The notes below the pieces were generated by a model, which did not search any database, was not told the origin of the DNA, and saw only the letters and a list, made by a program, of their open reading frames with translations. The position numbers were made by a program, and so were the translations under genes. Source: the human T2T-CHM13v2.0 reference genome, Homo sapiens. From it: a stretch of 64,000 bases of DNA. Below are positions 1 to 19,421 of this stretch, piece after piece. Location: the NCBI RefSeq assembly GCF_009914755.1, contig NC_060933.1. One strand, 5' to 3'. Each line of letters opens with the position of its first letter. Position 1 is the stretch's first letter.

Positions 1-195
<195 letters not shown>

Positions 196-2035
196 CTAAA
201 TTCTTCTTTTAGAAAGAAGGAAAAAAAATGAAAAACTTAAAAAATTGTCTCCAGGCAGAAGGACAGAGGAGCTGTCAAGAACCTGGCCTCCACCTGCCAG
301 GGCGAGCCTGGAGTCCCGGAGGTCTGAGACCGCACCTGCTGCCCAGCACATGGCAGCCCTCCCAGTGCACACCCACCTCACCCACTCCTCACGACTCACC
401 CATCCCAGCTTGCCATGGTGTGCAAGTTTTTCTCACTCCTCTGAAAAATTCTCTTGATACCACACTCATACCAAAGCATTCTGTAAAGGGCCCTAAAGGC
501 CACTGTATCACTCAGCAAACACAGTGTCTATTTATTACATTTTCTTGTTCACTGCATGTCCTGACTGAGGATCAGTTACAGCAGGAGAACTTGCCCCTTG
601 CCTTTTCCACACACGGAGACAGGTGAGTCTCTTATATTCCCAGGGAGCTGCCAGATGTGTGACCTATTAGCTTAAGCAGTATTTTTGCTAGTATGTGATT
701 CTAAATCACTACAGAGTATTTTTTGCCACTGCTACATATTTGCAGCAACTATGTAATCTGCATACCCGTATTTTATTGCTCAGGCAACTAAAACCCTAAG
801 AAAATGTTGAGGACATACTCATTATGTTTTCTTCTCTCTGGAGTACAGCACCCATCATTTAAAGCTCAGTAAACAGAAACTTCTAGTTTCCAATATTTAA
901 TGAATCACTGATGTCCTCCGTCTTTTGACGGCAGAGAGTCGCCCTCAAGACAAGCCTCTGTCAGACTGCGGATGACCAAGTGTGAGCTCCCTGTTTCCTT
1001 CAACTTAGAGAGGGATACAGATTTCTGCTCTAGAGGACTTCTAATATTACACATCAGCACATCCCCTGGGTGTTGTAAAGGCAAGTAAGTATTTGATAAA
1101 GAGAAGAAACCACTCGTGGGTGGAGTGGCAGCTTCCTTCAGCACATGGGTGAGCTGTGAGCCCACCACACACGGCTGCAGCAGAAGAGATAGGGCACCAG
1201 CCTAGGGTCCAGACCAGGGGTTACCGACGTACCACAAAGATGCATTTTACCTTTGGGAATCTTATTTCTATCACCTCCTAGGTAAGGTAGACAGGATGGG
1301 CTTGCCATTATGAACATTCCGGGAGGTCGCCATGTCCTCTCCTTGCCAGTCCCCTCTAGGTGCAGCAGCAGTGCTCCAACATTTGGAGTGCAATGACATG
1401 GTTGAGGTGCTGAGCTCTTATCAAGACATGAAAATGAGCTCTTCTCTCCTAAGCTGAAACTAATCTTTCTCCAGTAAAGAAGTTTCACCTCCTCTCACAG
1501 GTCTTTCTATAATGCAGAGGCTGCCAAGGTGAAATTTATGCCTTTGCTGTGTGTTTTCAGAGTGTGAATACTCATAGGAGATTTACTCATGATGGGTCTT
1601 TACTATTTACAAAGTAGCTGGATTTCTGAGAGGAGTCACTGGAGAATGGTAAATACAAGTCAATCACTGGCTGATCATGTATTCATTATAAAAGCCAGAA
1701 GCTGTGGTTTCCATTGATATAAGCTCCCAAAGAGCCTGTAAAAGAAAAAGGGAAAGGGAGCCAAATGTCGAGTGAATGCCAGGATAGAGTAAACTTTCCA
1801 TTTACTCCTGCTGCTCCTGAGCATTCTCTTTCATTCCCTCATAACCCAACAGCCCTCATCTATTCTAGCAACTCTTCGGATAAATTCTTATACTGATCAA
1901 GCAAAGAATAATTCACGCTGCCCCTTTAAGTGCTGTGATTATGTAATTATAATGTGGTAAGGGGTTGATAAATATTTCCTGCATTCCAGTACCTTCAAAG
2001 GCCTCCTTACTGTTAAACGGTTCAAGTCTAACTGA

Positions 2036-2407
<372 letters not shown>

Positions 2408-4119
2408 GAATTTTTTTTTTTAGGAAAAAAGTAGTAGGCATTTAAAAACAAAACTTGTACATATGGTCAAGGAAGAGCTACACGTTAGTATGATGCCTTG
2501 GAAAAAAAGCATAAAACAGCAGCAGGTGACACATATCTAGTTCTTATTATGTGCCAGGCCCTGTCCTAAGAACTTTATCAACTTTTAATTTTCACATAAA
2601 TTCTCTGAGGTGGTGCCATCACCCTCATTTTGCAGAACCCCCAAGAGGCTGTCATTGGCAGTGTGACCACATCCATCACTACGCTACCTCTCTCTCATGA
2701 CAACAAAGACTGTGTGTGGCCATCTTCACTGACTCCCAACCCCACCCAGCTAGAGTAGCATAAAGGGCAGGATGGCACCTGGATTACCAAAGAGGCAAGA
2801 TATTAGAAATAGACAGCAAAAGAATACTTGAAGTGCAACACTACTAAGGTATCAGTGGATGTGGATATAATACATATTTTGACTACATTAGAATAAAAGC
2901 TATCATAAAAGCCTTAAGGCAAAGAAACAAAGCCAGTAGCATTGACCTTTTGACATGGAGGTACCAAAACAATCTTTTAATTTTTACATTTTTACTACTG
3001 GACCATAATCACATATGATATAGCTGTATATGTAATGAGAATACGCAAACTTTTTGCTTCTGTAGTAGTTGTTAATACCAGTGATTTTTTTGGTTGTCTT
3101 TTTCTATACATCCAACATATGGTTTAAAATTTTTGAAAGTATGCTAGGGTCCATTACTCTTCAGAGAATAATTCATCATACAATTTCTTAAACAAAGCCC
3201 TTTCACTATTTGAAATGATTAAGTTTACCAAGATTCTACAATAATCTTTCATAAATACAGAATGAAAAGTAAGCTCGTACCTAATAAACATTGCAACCTC
3301 GGACTACATGACAAATTACTTCTTTCTCAAGGGAAATTTGAAAAAATTAATTTACTAGTTACCATTCTAATGTTTAATAGATGCACAGATTAGGGCTTTC
3401 TACATGGTATAATGTAAAGTGAGCAACTAACTAGAACTCTGGAAATTTATCAGATACTCTGATTTGAGAGATTCATATTTATCAGAAAATCATGACTTAC
3501 AGCCTAAAAACTAAACTTGTAAATAATATTTTTGTTATGATGTTAAATTTATAAACACATCCCACCAAACTCTGTGAAAGCAGAAAATAAATTATGGGGT
3601 ATAATAAAACACCCAAGAAGAGGTAAACCTACAGTATTATTTCATGGGCCTAAGGCTGTATGTACTGCATGCTCATCACAGTAAACCTCCTAGCCCAGAA
3701 CAAACACCTTTCTATTTACATTGAACCAAATTTTTTGTCAAGTGTAATGAGGAGCTGACTTTCACGGGTTTGTGGCTCTTCTCTGATCCCTTATCTTGGT
3801 ATCTAGAGAGCTAAGGACTGCAGTCATCAGGAGCCTTGCAAGCTGCTCACTGAAGCAGTTTCTGTACCCCCTTGTGGGGCTCCATGTGAATTAACACTCA
3901 GCACCTCCTTTCAGATTAGTCTATCAAGGTTATCTAAATATATCACTATGTGGTGGATAATCTTTGTATACTTTAAAGTGTTAATACAAGTAATTCTTCT
4001 GCATACAAAATTGTATTTTAATGGTATGAAATAAAGCACAATTTAAGGAGACAAGCTATAAATATGTTGTGAAAAAATTAACGTTAAGTCAAATAAATAA
4101 GCTAAGTACAGAGTGAAAA

Positions 4120-4158
4120 TAATTACATTTCCAACTAATTACATTTCCAACTAATTAC
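4120..4158. repeat. 16-bp tandem duplication (taattacatttccaac)x2.4
   Basis: Direct read of the sequence. Confidence 0.9.
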
Positions 4159-7100
4159 GATGGAAATAAAACTAATGTCCTTTCTGGCATACTTAAAGAT
4201 TGATCCATAAACAAATTCACAGAAAGAACGTTAATAAAGTAAATCTGAATTGTCTTCAGTGCACAGGCCTCTCCCGGAAAGCAGACACAGGAAGACTGCA
4301 CATCTGTGAAGAATATCTCTGGATGGTGTGCACAAACTTACTGGTTGACTTGAATTTCCCAGATTTTATAACTTGGGGCTAAAATAAAGGTAATGTAAGA
4401 GGATTAAACAAAGCACTATGGGAGGAAGCTGCGGAAAGTCTTCCCTGAGCAGGGGCACTGGGAACAAGAAGGCCTCTCCCAACAACAGCAGGGGCCTCAA
4501 ATGGCTGAGACGGGGTGCAGACAGGATGGGAAGGGCAAAACTGAGCAATGAAAATAAAGTGTTCAATGCCAGGATGAGCTTATGCTTTCTTTAGTAAGCA
4601 ATGTGAACCACTGGTTTTGATGTAAAGTTCATTTAGCAATCATGGATATAAATGTATGGAGGATAGAATTCCAGAGTTTAACTGTAAGATGCTGGATTAG
4701 CTCTGAGGGCAGGTAACAGAAGACTAAATTAAAAGTGTGATAGTAGAAACAAAAACGAATTCTAAACATAAGAGATGGGTAATCTAAAATAGCAAGCTGT
4801 CCATATCTCTTCAGTTAATAAAACATGTCAAGAACTGCCTATATTGGCAACCATTCGTATGACATCAATGCAACAATATGTTTACACTGAACATCATTTT
4901 CCTAATATCACAGCACATCTCTTAACTAACAAAAATCCTAAATGGCAGAATGGGACAATCAATATATCCTTAATTACCTATGTGACCTTGGAAAAGGTTC
5001 TAAGACTCAGTTTCCATATTTTTGATATGGGAGTAACCTACCTTTTAGACTTGACATAAAACTAAGAGACAATGGAATAATTCCTACCCCAGGACCTGGT
5101 ATACAGCATAAACTCAAAGGAAAACTGAATCTGGAATTTATAGCCTGGAATTGAAAACATTTCAAACTGTCATACCAAAGTTGGAATAAAGTGTAAGGTT
5201 AGATTTATAAAAGGGTTTATATATTTAAAAAGTTCTCATCTCGGCCAGAGGTTTGGAATTGTAGACTTCTAATAATCTTATAAAGTCACTAAACACTAGT
5301 ATGTATATATTAGTATCAGAGCAAACTAGTTAAATGTTGGCATGATATTAACCCTCAGATGAGTAAATATAGTCACAGTTAAACCCAGCATAAGAAAAGA
5401 AGTTTCATGTTCAAAAACTCTAAGAGCGATCATCCATACACTGACTGTATCTTTTGTTAAGATTTTTAAAAATTGTAATGCTTTCATGTTATATCGTCCC
5501 GAAGGAGTGGTTTCTGTTACAGTATCATGAAATATAGTGACATCAAGTATTTCATCTAGTTCTACTGTTTACGTGCTTTTGCTGTCCAAGTGTGTAATGT
5601 GAGTGATGGCAGCACTACAAAAGAATGTAGTTTTTAAAAGAAAAAGCTTTGCCCAGCTGCTTGTAATAAAATAACCAAACCTCACAGCAAGGGCTGATTA
5701 AGATAAAGATAAATATAGTAACAGATGCATAAGTCTGAAATAGATCTGAGAGAAACTGTTACAGAAGGATATTTCCATGACTGTCCTGATAAGCAATTTT
5801 TAGTGATTAAATATGCCTGGGCATATATATCTATTTTTTCATATAAAAGCTATTTATACTGCCTCCTTACAAGTTAGTAGTCATAAAATAATTTTTATTT
5901 TCAACTATCAAGTGCTAACTTGGTACACAGCAAAGTGATCATTTAGAAATGACATTTATTATTTATAATCAAAAGTATAATGTGAATTAACTTGGAAACT
6001 GTCATCTTTTTTCTCTTTTTCATTTTCAAAAAGCAAGCTAGTTGCTCATGAATTGAGGCTCTATAAGTTACGCAGCTCTATTTTAAAAATACATAAGCTC
6101 TAAGTTCTGGCATTTTATCTTCCATTTTATAGGAATTAAATATAATTAAATTTAAATAATGTCATGTAAACATTTTATTTCAGTTATATCTTATCTTAGA
6201 AACAACAAAGATTGATCATTTGTAATATATGGAAGTACTTGAAATTGCTTTTGGCTACTCCATTAAATCAGTTAGTGAGGCTTATACTGTAAAACAAATA
6301 TGCTTCTACCCAGACTGTAGCAATTAAGCTTATGATTTATTTAGTGGCATAAAATAACACTTCATGAAATCTGTCCTAAAATAACATTTGTTAATAAAAC
6401 CATTAACAAGATTATTCTGAAATATGACATCTTGTAATGAGACAGGAAGTGGGACTGACCTGCTACCCACAATCTGGAGACTGAGATCCAACCTGAGGGC
6501 AAAGACTATCGAGAACCCCAGATTCTAAAGACAGCAACAAACCTGAGCCTGCCCTCCTTTGGTGCTCATGAAGAGCACCTGGCATGGCACCAGCACAGCT
6601 ACTGGCATCACCACCCAGACACTTCCTTCCAGCTATGCATTACGGACACGGAGAAGGGAGAGGAGGAAAGTCACTGTAGTCTTAACAAGGAGGGCTGGGA
6701 TTTTGCCTCTGCTTGCTCCTTCCCCACCTTGGGGGTAGGAGGGTGTCTAAGAGGTCAAGGAGACTGAGGTGCCTCCAAGAACAGGAGACCAGCACTGCAG
6801 TGACAGCTGTCCCTGTGCTCAAGCGGCAGACTTACTGCACAGCCCCTCCTTCTACTGAACCAATGAAAAGAAAAGTGAGGGAGTGGGTAGGGAGGAGAAC
6901 ACTGGTGGCAACCTGCATACCTACTCTCTGGTGTGGTGAGGATAGGAGAGTCTCTCCTCAACATCATGGAAGGTACCTGGGCTGCAGCTACCTTGCCAGA
7001 CCCTTACACAGAGAGACAGCCTATGAGGCAAAGACATGAGTTACGATTATTCAGCGGACAAAAATAACATAGGCTTAAAAAACATCAAAGCTTCTCTCTC

Positions 7101-7394
7101 CTTTTAAAATATCCCAAACTTGTAGGTATTCTTGGGTTATCTCTCGTGTTGTTCTGCCACCCGCTGGGTGTTGCTCTTGTCTCTGAGGTTGATGAGAATG
7201 TTCTCCAGTTCACATTGCAGCCATCTATGTGGGCAGAAACTTTGCCATAAGGCCATCTCCAAGCTATATGGGAGGCTAAAATGGTTATGTAGAGCTAAAA
7301 TGGTTACGTTGATCTAGCTGGATCTGAACCAGGGTAGCAGTATTATTACTAAAAGGAAGAAAGATCCAGCCATTATTTGGAAACAGCTAGTAGT

Positions 7395-7437
7395 CTCTGC
7401 CACAGAGACTACTAGAGACTCTGCCACAGAGACTACT
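7395..7437. repeat. Short tandem duplication of ctctgccacagagactact (period 24)
   Basis: Direct read of the sequence. Confidence 0.85.
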
Positions 7438-7737
7438 GGGCACTGCCAGAGACGAGTGGCAGTGCAAGATGGGGATCTGTAGTCAGACCTCCTACCTCAG
7501 GGAGCGGTGGCACCAACAGAAACCATAGGAGAGCCAGCAATGGACACATGCCACCCAGAGAACAGGAGCAGCAGCAGTGCGAGGAGCCTCTTGATCCAGC
7601 CTCCTCCCACCCCAACAGAGAGAAGGAATCAAGATCTAGAATGGGGTGAAGGGGGTCCTGGAGAGGACTGCCACTCCCTTGAAAGTGGAGGAGAATAACA
7701 AACAGATCACAGCCCCTTGCCACCAATGGGTCCCTCA

Positions 7738-12030
<4,293 letters not shown>

Positions 12031-12689
12031 TTCTCTGGAAATAGAAAAAGGGTACTTTTGAATTAGACTTGAGAATGAAGTTTTGAACTGAGCCAAATTA
12101 AGCAGGCACCTTTCTCTTGAATAACCAAAAATGACTAGAAAGTTACTGAGTCAGTCAACAACACATAAACCAATGGGAAAAAAAGATTTTTAAAAGTTCA
12201 GTTGAAGGCAATAACTAGAGAAAAATAAAAGCATTTCATGTTTATACTCCACTTAGTTCATACTGTTCAACAAACTGCTTTGTTCTTTAAATATTATTTT
12301 TGCAAAATGTCATCAAGATAAATTCGAGTTAACTAACATCATTAAAGAGTAGTTTATACATCCATTACTCGCCAACCTTAAATTTACATCAGTTATGTTT
12401 CTGTAAAACCCAGTGTACCTGAGATAATTTTGAATTAAATCTGCTTTCTAATAGAAATATTTTAATGTAGTATTGCATTCCTAATCATGAAGAGGTTATC
12501 TGAGGATGACAGGATCATCTGCAAGAGGTACCAAAGACCTAGACCAGCTATTACGGTCTTCCCTCGCCCCTCCAACACAGCTAATCAGACAGCATTATTT
12601 CCACTGAACATGAACATGGCCCCAAACACTGTGACCAGGCTGAGCCAGCATATGAGAGTAAACTTAGCCACTTGTACCCTATTTCAATA

Positions 12690-12910
12690 ACAGCTATTAT
12701 AAAACTTAAAAAGCAGTTGCTATGAGCCAGGCACCATTCTCAAGCACTTTATACACTCCATTTAATCCTCACAAAACTCTATGGCACTGACACATCCATT
12801 ACGGTAACACTAAAGATTAGAAAACGAAGTCCCACAATTGGAGTGGGGTGGGGGCGTGGGGTGGGGACAACATTCATGCCTAGGTGATCTAGTTCAAAAC
12901 TCCGTAACTA
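12690..12910 (-). mobile_element. MIR relic
   Basis: tatgagccaggcaccattctcaagcactt...atttaatcctcaca is typical of MIR. Confidence 0.6.
12845..12866 (+). other. Potential G-quadruplex GGGG-T-GGGGG-CGT-GGGG-T-GGGG
   Basis: Four G-runs of 4 or more with 1-3 nt loops. Confidence 0.6.
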
Positions 12911-14776
12911 CTCCATCAAGGGCTGGCAAACTATGGTCAGTGAACCAGCTGCCTGTTTTGTGAATAAGTTGTTTCTGCCAGGATGAAAAAATCACAGAAC
13001 TTTCAGATATAGTCATATAGTAGAAATTTGCTTGGGGAGGGATAAATAGGAATTATCGATCTCACTTACAGGCCACAAAAGTTGCAAGTGGCCATGGCAA
13101 CAGGTATGTTTCTTGAGTGTTGCAGGCACTTTTGTTCTGCTGCAGTTACTGCAGTGTTGCTGTGTTTTAAGATGGTACTCCACATGTTCTCCCCAGGTCA
13201 CTCTACTATGGGTTATCTTTAGAGTAGAAGCAGAACAGTGCCAAGAACGCAAACTAGGTCTTTGCTTTTGAGTCAACTGCAAATGACCAAATGTCTATTT
13301 GATGCTTGGAATACACTGTTGGAAAGGATTCTGAAGCCCCATCCTCACTTCTATACCATGGTTTACCACAGGATATGATTTGTGTCATCAATGACTTAGT
13401 CTACCAGATTCAGGGCTGAATTTCACACTTATTAAAAGTGAGCTGTATTCACTTGTTTCTATATCTATACAACTAATAGTAAAAAAGCACAAATGTTTTC
13501 AGGAAAAAGTGTTAGGTTTAATAATGGGAAAAATAATTGTTCATGTGACTTTTTGTTGTCGTTATCCAAAATAACTCAGTTTTAAAAGCCAAGTGTGAAG
13601 AAAAAGTTTTCATATTATTTTATTTAAGGCTAGTATCAAAGAGTTCAGACAATTATTTAAACTAACTCTTTAACAAAACTTCATTATAGGTCTAGATTAG
13701 TGAAACGCCAAATTAGGAAATATTTTAAGTGTTTTGTTTTCTCAAAATATGTAAATGTAGAATAAATCCAATAACACTAGAGAATTTCTGTTTCCACATT
13801 CCCTCCCTATACCATGACCCATTCCTCAGAATAAATTTTCTGACTATTCTTGTATTTCATTCTTCTGGTAGTCATCTCTATATCCCTAAATAGTAAACTT
13901 GTATCTAGGTTTCTGGATTTAATAATTTTACATAATGTCTACTGATTCTCCTAAATTTAAAAATTAGAATTTAGCTCATCTACACTAATCTTCAACTGCC
14001 TCTCCCAATTTTTAGCTCTTCTACTAGTTGTGATTGTAAGTATACAGAATATGATTACATTCTCTGTTTCACCAAGTCCACCATGTATATCAATTTCTCA
14101 CTGATACTGGAGCCACAACACACTTTTCCTCTGAGCTTCCACAACCCACCTTAGGTAAGCTTCACTTTTCCTATAACATCAAGATTATAACCACTATCAA
14201 GACTTTATCACAGACTAGCTGTGTTGAAAATCAGTAATCAGTATCTGCAATATTATATATACACACACATATATGTGTTATATGTGTGTGTGTATATACA
14301 CAATTTAATACCAGGCCAAGAGGTATACTAAAATTACATTTCATTCTTTACAAATCTAATGTCATAATCTGACCACTACAATAAATTTTAAAAATCTAGT
14401 TTTAAGATTAAATGGACCCACTTTTCTTGCTGATTGCTTAAAAGCCTGACCTTCCCCTACAAACTGAGGCATGAGTGGAGGTTCTCCTAGGATTTCTAAT
14501 TGCTTTTTTTCTGGGAGCATAAGGTTGAAGTGGAGATAGATGTTATCCCCAAGTTGTCAACCATTGTTTTGCTTCAAGAGTCTTTTGTACTCCTGTTCCA
14601 ATTTGGAATGGCTGTTTTCTGGACTATTGTATAGCCATTATTACCTCAAAGACCTGCTTTGACTGTGCAATTAGGTTGGTTCCTCTAATTCCTGAAGGCC
14701 AAGTCTCTCTTTCTTGGTTATTACTTTGTTTTCCTGGAGTACATACTCAACTATCTTTCTGATAAATGTATTTGGG

Positions 14777-14912
14777 AGGCTGGGCATGGTGGCTCACAAC
14801 TATAATCCCAGCACTTTGGGAGCCCACGGCAGGAAGACTGCTTGAGCCCAGGAGTTTGAGACTGAGAACAGCTTGGACAAAATAGTGGGATCCTATCTCT
14901 AAAAAGCAAAAA
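14777..14912 (+). mobile_element. Alu monomer (FLAM-like)
   Basis: Left-arm sequence with a short A tail, flanked by gtatttggga on both sides. Confidence 0.85.
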
Positions 14913-14919
14913 GAGGTAT

Positions 14920-15560
14920 TTGGGAAGCTAACTTTTCTAGGCCTTGCACATCTGAAAATGTCTTAACTTTGCTATCTTATATCTAGACATATCTTTGCTA
15001 TCTCATATATATCTATATACACCTCAGGTACAGAATTCTAGGTTTAAAAGTGTATTTACCTTTGGGTTTTGTAGGCAATGCTTATAGCATCCATGTTGCT
15101 GATGAAACAACTGATGCCAGCTTAATACTTCTTCACACACAGGCAACTTGTTTTTCTTCCTCTCTGAAATCTTTTATGATCTTCTCTTAATCCTCCGAGC
15201 ACTGAAATTTCACAAATACACACCCACAGTGACTCTTTTTCATTAACTGTTCTGGCTTTCAGTGGGTCTTTTTAATATAAAGATGTGTGTCTTTTCCATC
15301 TCTGGGAATTATCTTCCTCCACTATTTTGATAATTTCCTCTCCTCTCTTTCCTTTTCTCTAGCTTCATTAAGTCAAATGTCAAACCTCAGAGGTTAATTC
15401 CCCACATATTTGCTCTTGCATTTTTTTTTTTTTTTGGTCTTTGCTCTACATTTTAGAAGGTTACTTCAACTTCATTTTCTCACATTTCTACTTAAATTTT
15501 CATTTCAGCAATCCTTTAAAAAAAACCTAATAGCTCTTTTTTGTAATATCATTGTTTCTG
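14920..15560 (-). mobile_element. Very old L1ME-type fragment
   Basis: tctgaaaatgtctt...agaattctaggtt...ttgctgatga motifs are typical of antisense old L1. Limits are approximate. Confidence 0.55.
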
Positions 15561-16223
15561 TATTAGCTGTTTCCTTAAGGCTCAGTTGTTTTTCTTTCAC
15601 ACTGTCAATTCTCCTCATGTACTCCATGACCTCTTGGTTATGTGTTCTTTAAGATAGTAACACCAGGAGAGTGGGAACTGTTCTCCTCCACTCGTGTCAG
15701 TTGGCATATTTTGGGGGAGGGCCTCCTCCCTTAAGGGGGAATTCTGAACTCTATTTGCCCCAATAGGCAGGCTTTACTTGATATGAACAGAAAACAGTCT
15801 GACTATCGAGCAGTAGACTCCACAGAATGAGAAGGATTTTATTGTGCAACATCAAAATCCATATCATCAGGAGTCTTAGTTTTCTGAATTTCGTCTCATG
15901 TCTAAAGAAGTCAGTTTTTCTGAAAACTTGCATATCTTCAGAAACCTCTTTGCAGTACATTTAGGCTAGGGCTTTTCAACCCGTCTCATCTGTAAAATCA
16001 ATCCCCTCTTCCTAAAGAGTTATATATCTCATTTGTTGATGCCTCCTTTCCCGTTTTCTTTGGTATTCATGTTTGTAATTATACCTTTTTTTTTCTCTTT
16101 TATAGTTTATGTTTTCATTTTGGTGAAGCCTTAAAATGAGAAGGCAGATGACAATGCTCAGTAACTAGTCTGCTTTCTTGACCCAGAGCCTTAATGATTT
16201 TTAAGCTTATAAAGGAAAGTTAC

Positions 16224-16620
<397 letters not shown>

Positions 16621-18526
16621 TCAAAAATATCTGTAAGCCAATAACATTGGTTAATTTGTGGCCTCTACAATAATAAACCCTGAGCAAAGCCCTCTATAAC
16701 TGGCTCATATGGGTAAGGATTACACAATATCTAGAAACCAGTTGATAAAAATGAGTGTCATATAATTTGATTTTGTAACCAGGTCAAGAGTTCTTTGCAA
16801 TATCTGCTACACAGGTTCACAGAATAATGGTCCAGAAAGGTACACCAGGCCTCACAGAGTCCAGTACTCTTCTTTAACAAGTAATAAAAATTCAAGAGTT
16901 GGGTGTGTATGCCCCTATGACTGGGGCACATAAAGGAACAGGCTCAGGCAATCTTAATCACAGGTAACTTAGAGGTATGTATAGTTGAACATAAACATAT
17001 ATTTTAAGGGTTAGATAGCAAACTTTATAAAAAATTATTAAACTGACATTTTAGACAAAGTATGCCCATGTGACAGACTGCTAGTGCACTCCGTGTGTGT
17101 ATGTTATATTTTGGTGAGAAGTCTGAGAAGCACAAAGCTACTCAGGAGCAAAACCAGATCTCCAGTACTATAATCCAGGTCTCTTGATTATCAGTCCAGA
17201 TGGCAGAAAGGGAAGTGTCAGCTTAGCCTACAGATGCATCATTGAAACTTAGAACTAGCAATGCATGCCCTAGAAAGGTGCCCCAGCTACTAATGTAAAA
17301 AGCCATGGGATAACTAACATGTGTATGGCACTTTCCAGTTTACAAAGCAGTCTTTAAAAGGTAACAAATATAATGTCTTTAAAAAAAAACTTTGCAATAC
17401 AGATACTATCATCACCTTCATTTTACAGAGAAAGAAAAGATCAGAGACCCAAGTACCTTGCCATAATTAGCAGCCTGTCACACAATTAGTTAATGGTTTA
17501 AACCCTGTCTCCTTAACTCTAAACCTTTACAATGTAGGATGAGGCCCATGTTTTTCATTTTCACCATTCACCTGCTCCCTTCTTACGGTGTCTTGCTCTT
17601 GTTTAATGGCTCTAACAGCCGAGTAGGTTAACTCAAGGTTTTCCAATGTATGTCTTCAGTTGCCTGCACTTTTATTCCTTTGGGCCGCATCTGCTTGCCC
17701 CTCAGAGTCTTCCGCAAGTGGAAAGCAAGTATGAAGCTACCACAGGGAGTACACAGCATTCTCCCTTGGTAGTGGTTGCAACTGAAGAGGTAAAAGCATT
17801 CCACTGAAATGCTGCATCCTTGCTGTTAGTGGTTTAAGGGAGCCTCGGTCTATGATTCAGAAACATTTGGTTGCTTCTTCTCTCAGGTACTGAGTACTCC
17901 AGGCAGGCAGGGCAGAAAGGTGATGTAGGGAGCTCATTTCCCCTTTCCTAGCCCCTTTTCTCTACTCTGTAAATGCATTCCTTCACCTAACACTACTACC
18001 ACCTTTTCCATATGAGTTGTTGGAAGATGACAACGCGGATTTGCTGGTTCCAGCCCCTCCACCCACAGATATTGCACTTTTGCCCAGAGCCCCTAATTCT
18101 GGACTCACAGATCTATCCTCCTAACTTCCAGTTTCAGCTACGGGCTGCTCTGGTCTTCATACATTAACTCCAGATGACCAGGAGGATGTTCTCAAGCAGA
18201 AAAAATGAAGACCAGACTAAAACCCCACAGAGTCAACCTCCACTCAAGGACCAACAATCGTAATAAACATCATCATTCCAAATTCAGTAGCTTTTTACCA
18301 TTAAAACTTTATTCACGCAGAAACAGTTTTCTTTTATACATGAAAGCACAAAGTGCTCCACCTAAACTTTGGGTTAAATTAGGCTTCAGCAGTATTCCAT
18401 AGGTCTTCTCATCCTATGTAACATTTCTATAATGAGAACATACTCTGGTTTAAAATAAACTCATTCCAACATAACTCATATCTATGTTGGGAGGGCACAA
18501 AATTTAAAGTGTTTGCAGCCATATGA

Positions 18527-18872
<346 letters not shown>

Positions 18873-19130
18873 CATAGACCTATTTTTTAAAACCCATAAT
18901 ACTTCTAGTTTTTATGACAATATGCCAGTTGTAACTATTTCCCAGTCTTCTTTGAGGTAAATCCATACATATTCAATTGTGATGCTTCTAAATATATTCA
19001 AGGATATGCATAATACAATATCTAAGCATGTATTTAATAGACAAGAATATAAAACAAGATGCTGGCATGACTACTATTATATCAAGGTTTATCCTACTGA
19101 GGTGGTATGATTCAGATAATTAACACTTTC

Positions 19131-19421
19131 TTTTTTTTTTTGAGATGGAGTCTCGCTCTGTCACCCAGGCTGGAGCACAGTGGTGCGATCTTGGCTAACT
19201 GCAACCTTCACCTCCTGGGTTCAAACGATTCTTCTGCCTCAGCCTCCTGAGGAGCTCGGACTACAGGCGTGCGCCACCATGCCCAGCTAATTTTTGTATT
19301 TTTAGTAGAGATGGGGTTTCACCATATTGGCCAGGCTGGTCTCGAACTCCTGACCTCGTGATCCGCCTGCCTCAGCCTCCCAAAGTGCTGGCATTATAGG
19401 CGTGAGCCACCACGCCAAGCC
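19131..19421 (-). mobile_element. AluS (Sg-like)
   Basis: Full reverse Alu with flanking repeat cagataattaa. Confidence 0.94.

Noticed and set aside
196-1488. Several overlapping 67-132 aa ORFs near the window start
   Set aside because: No recognisable domain, no convincing splice or promoter context, and composition typical of chance ORFs.
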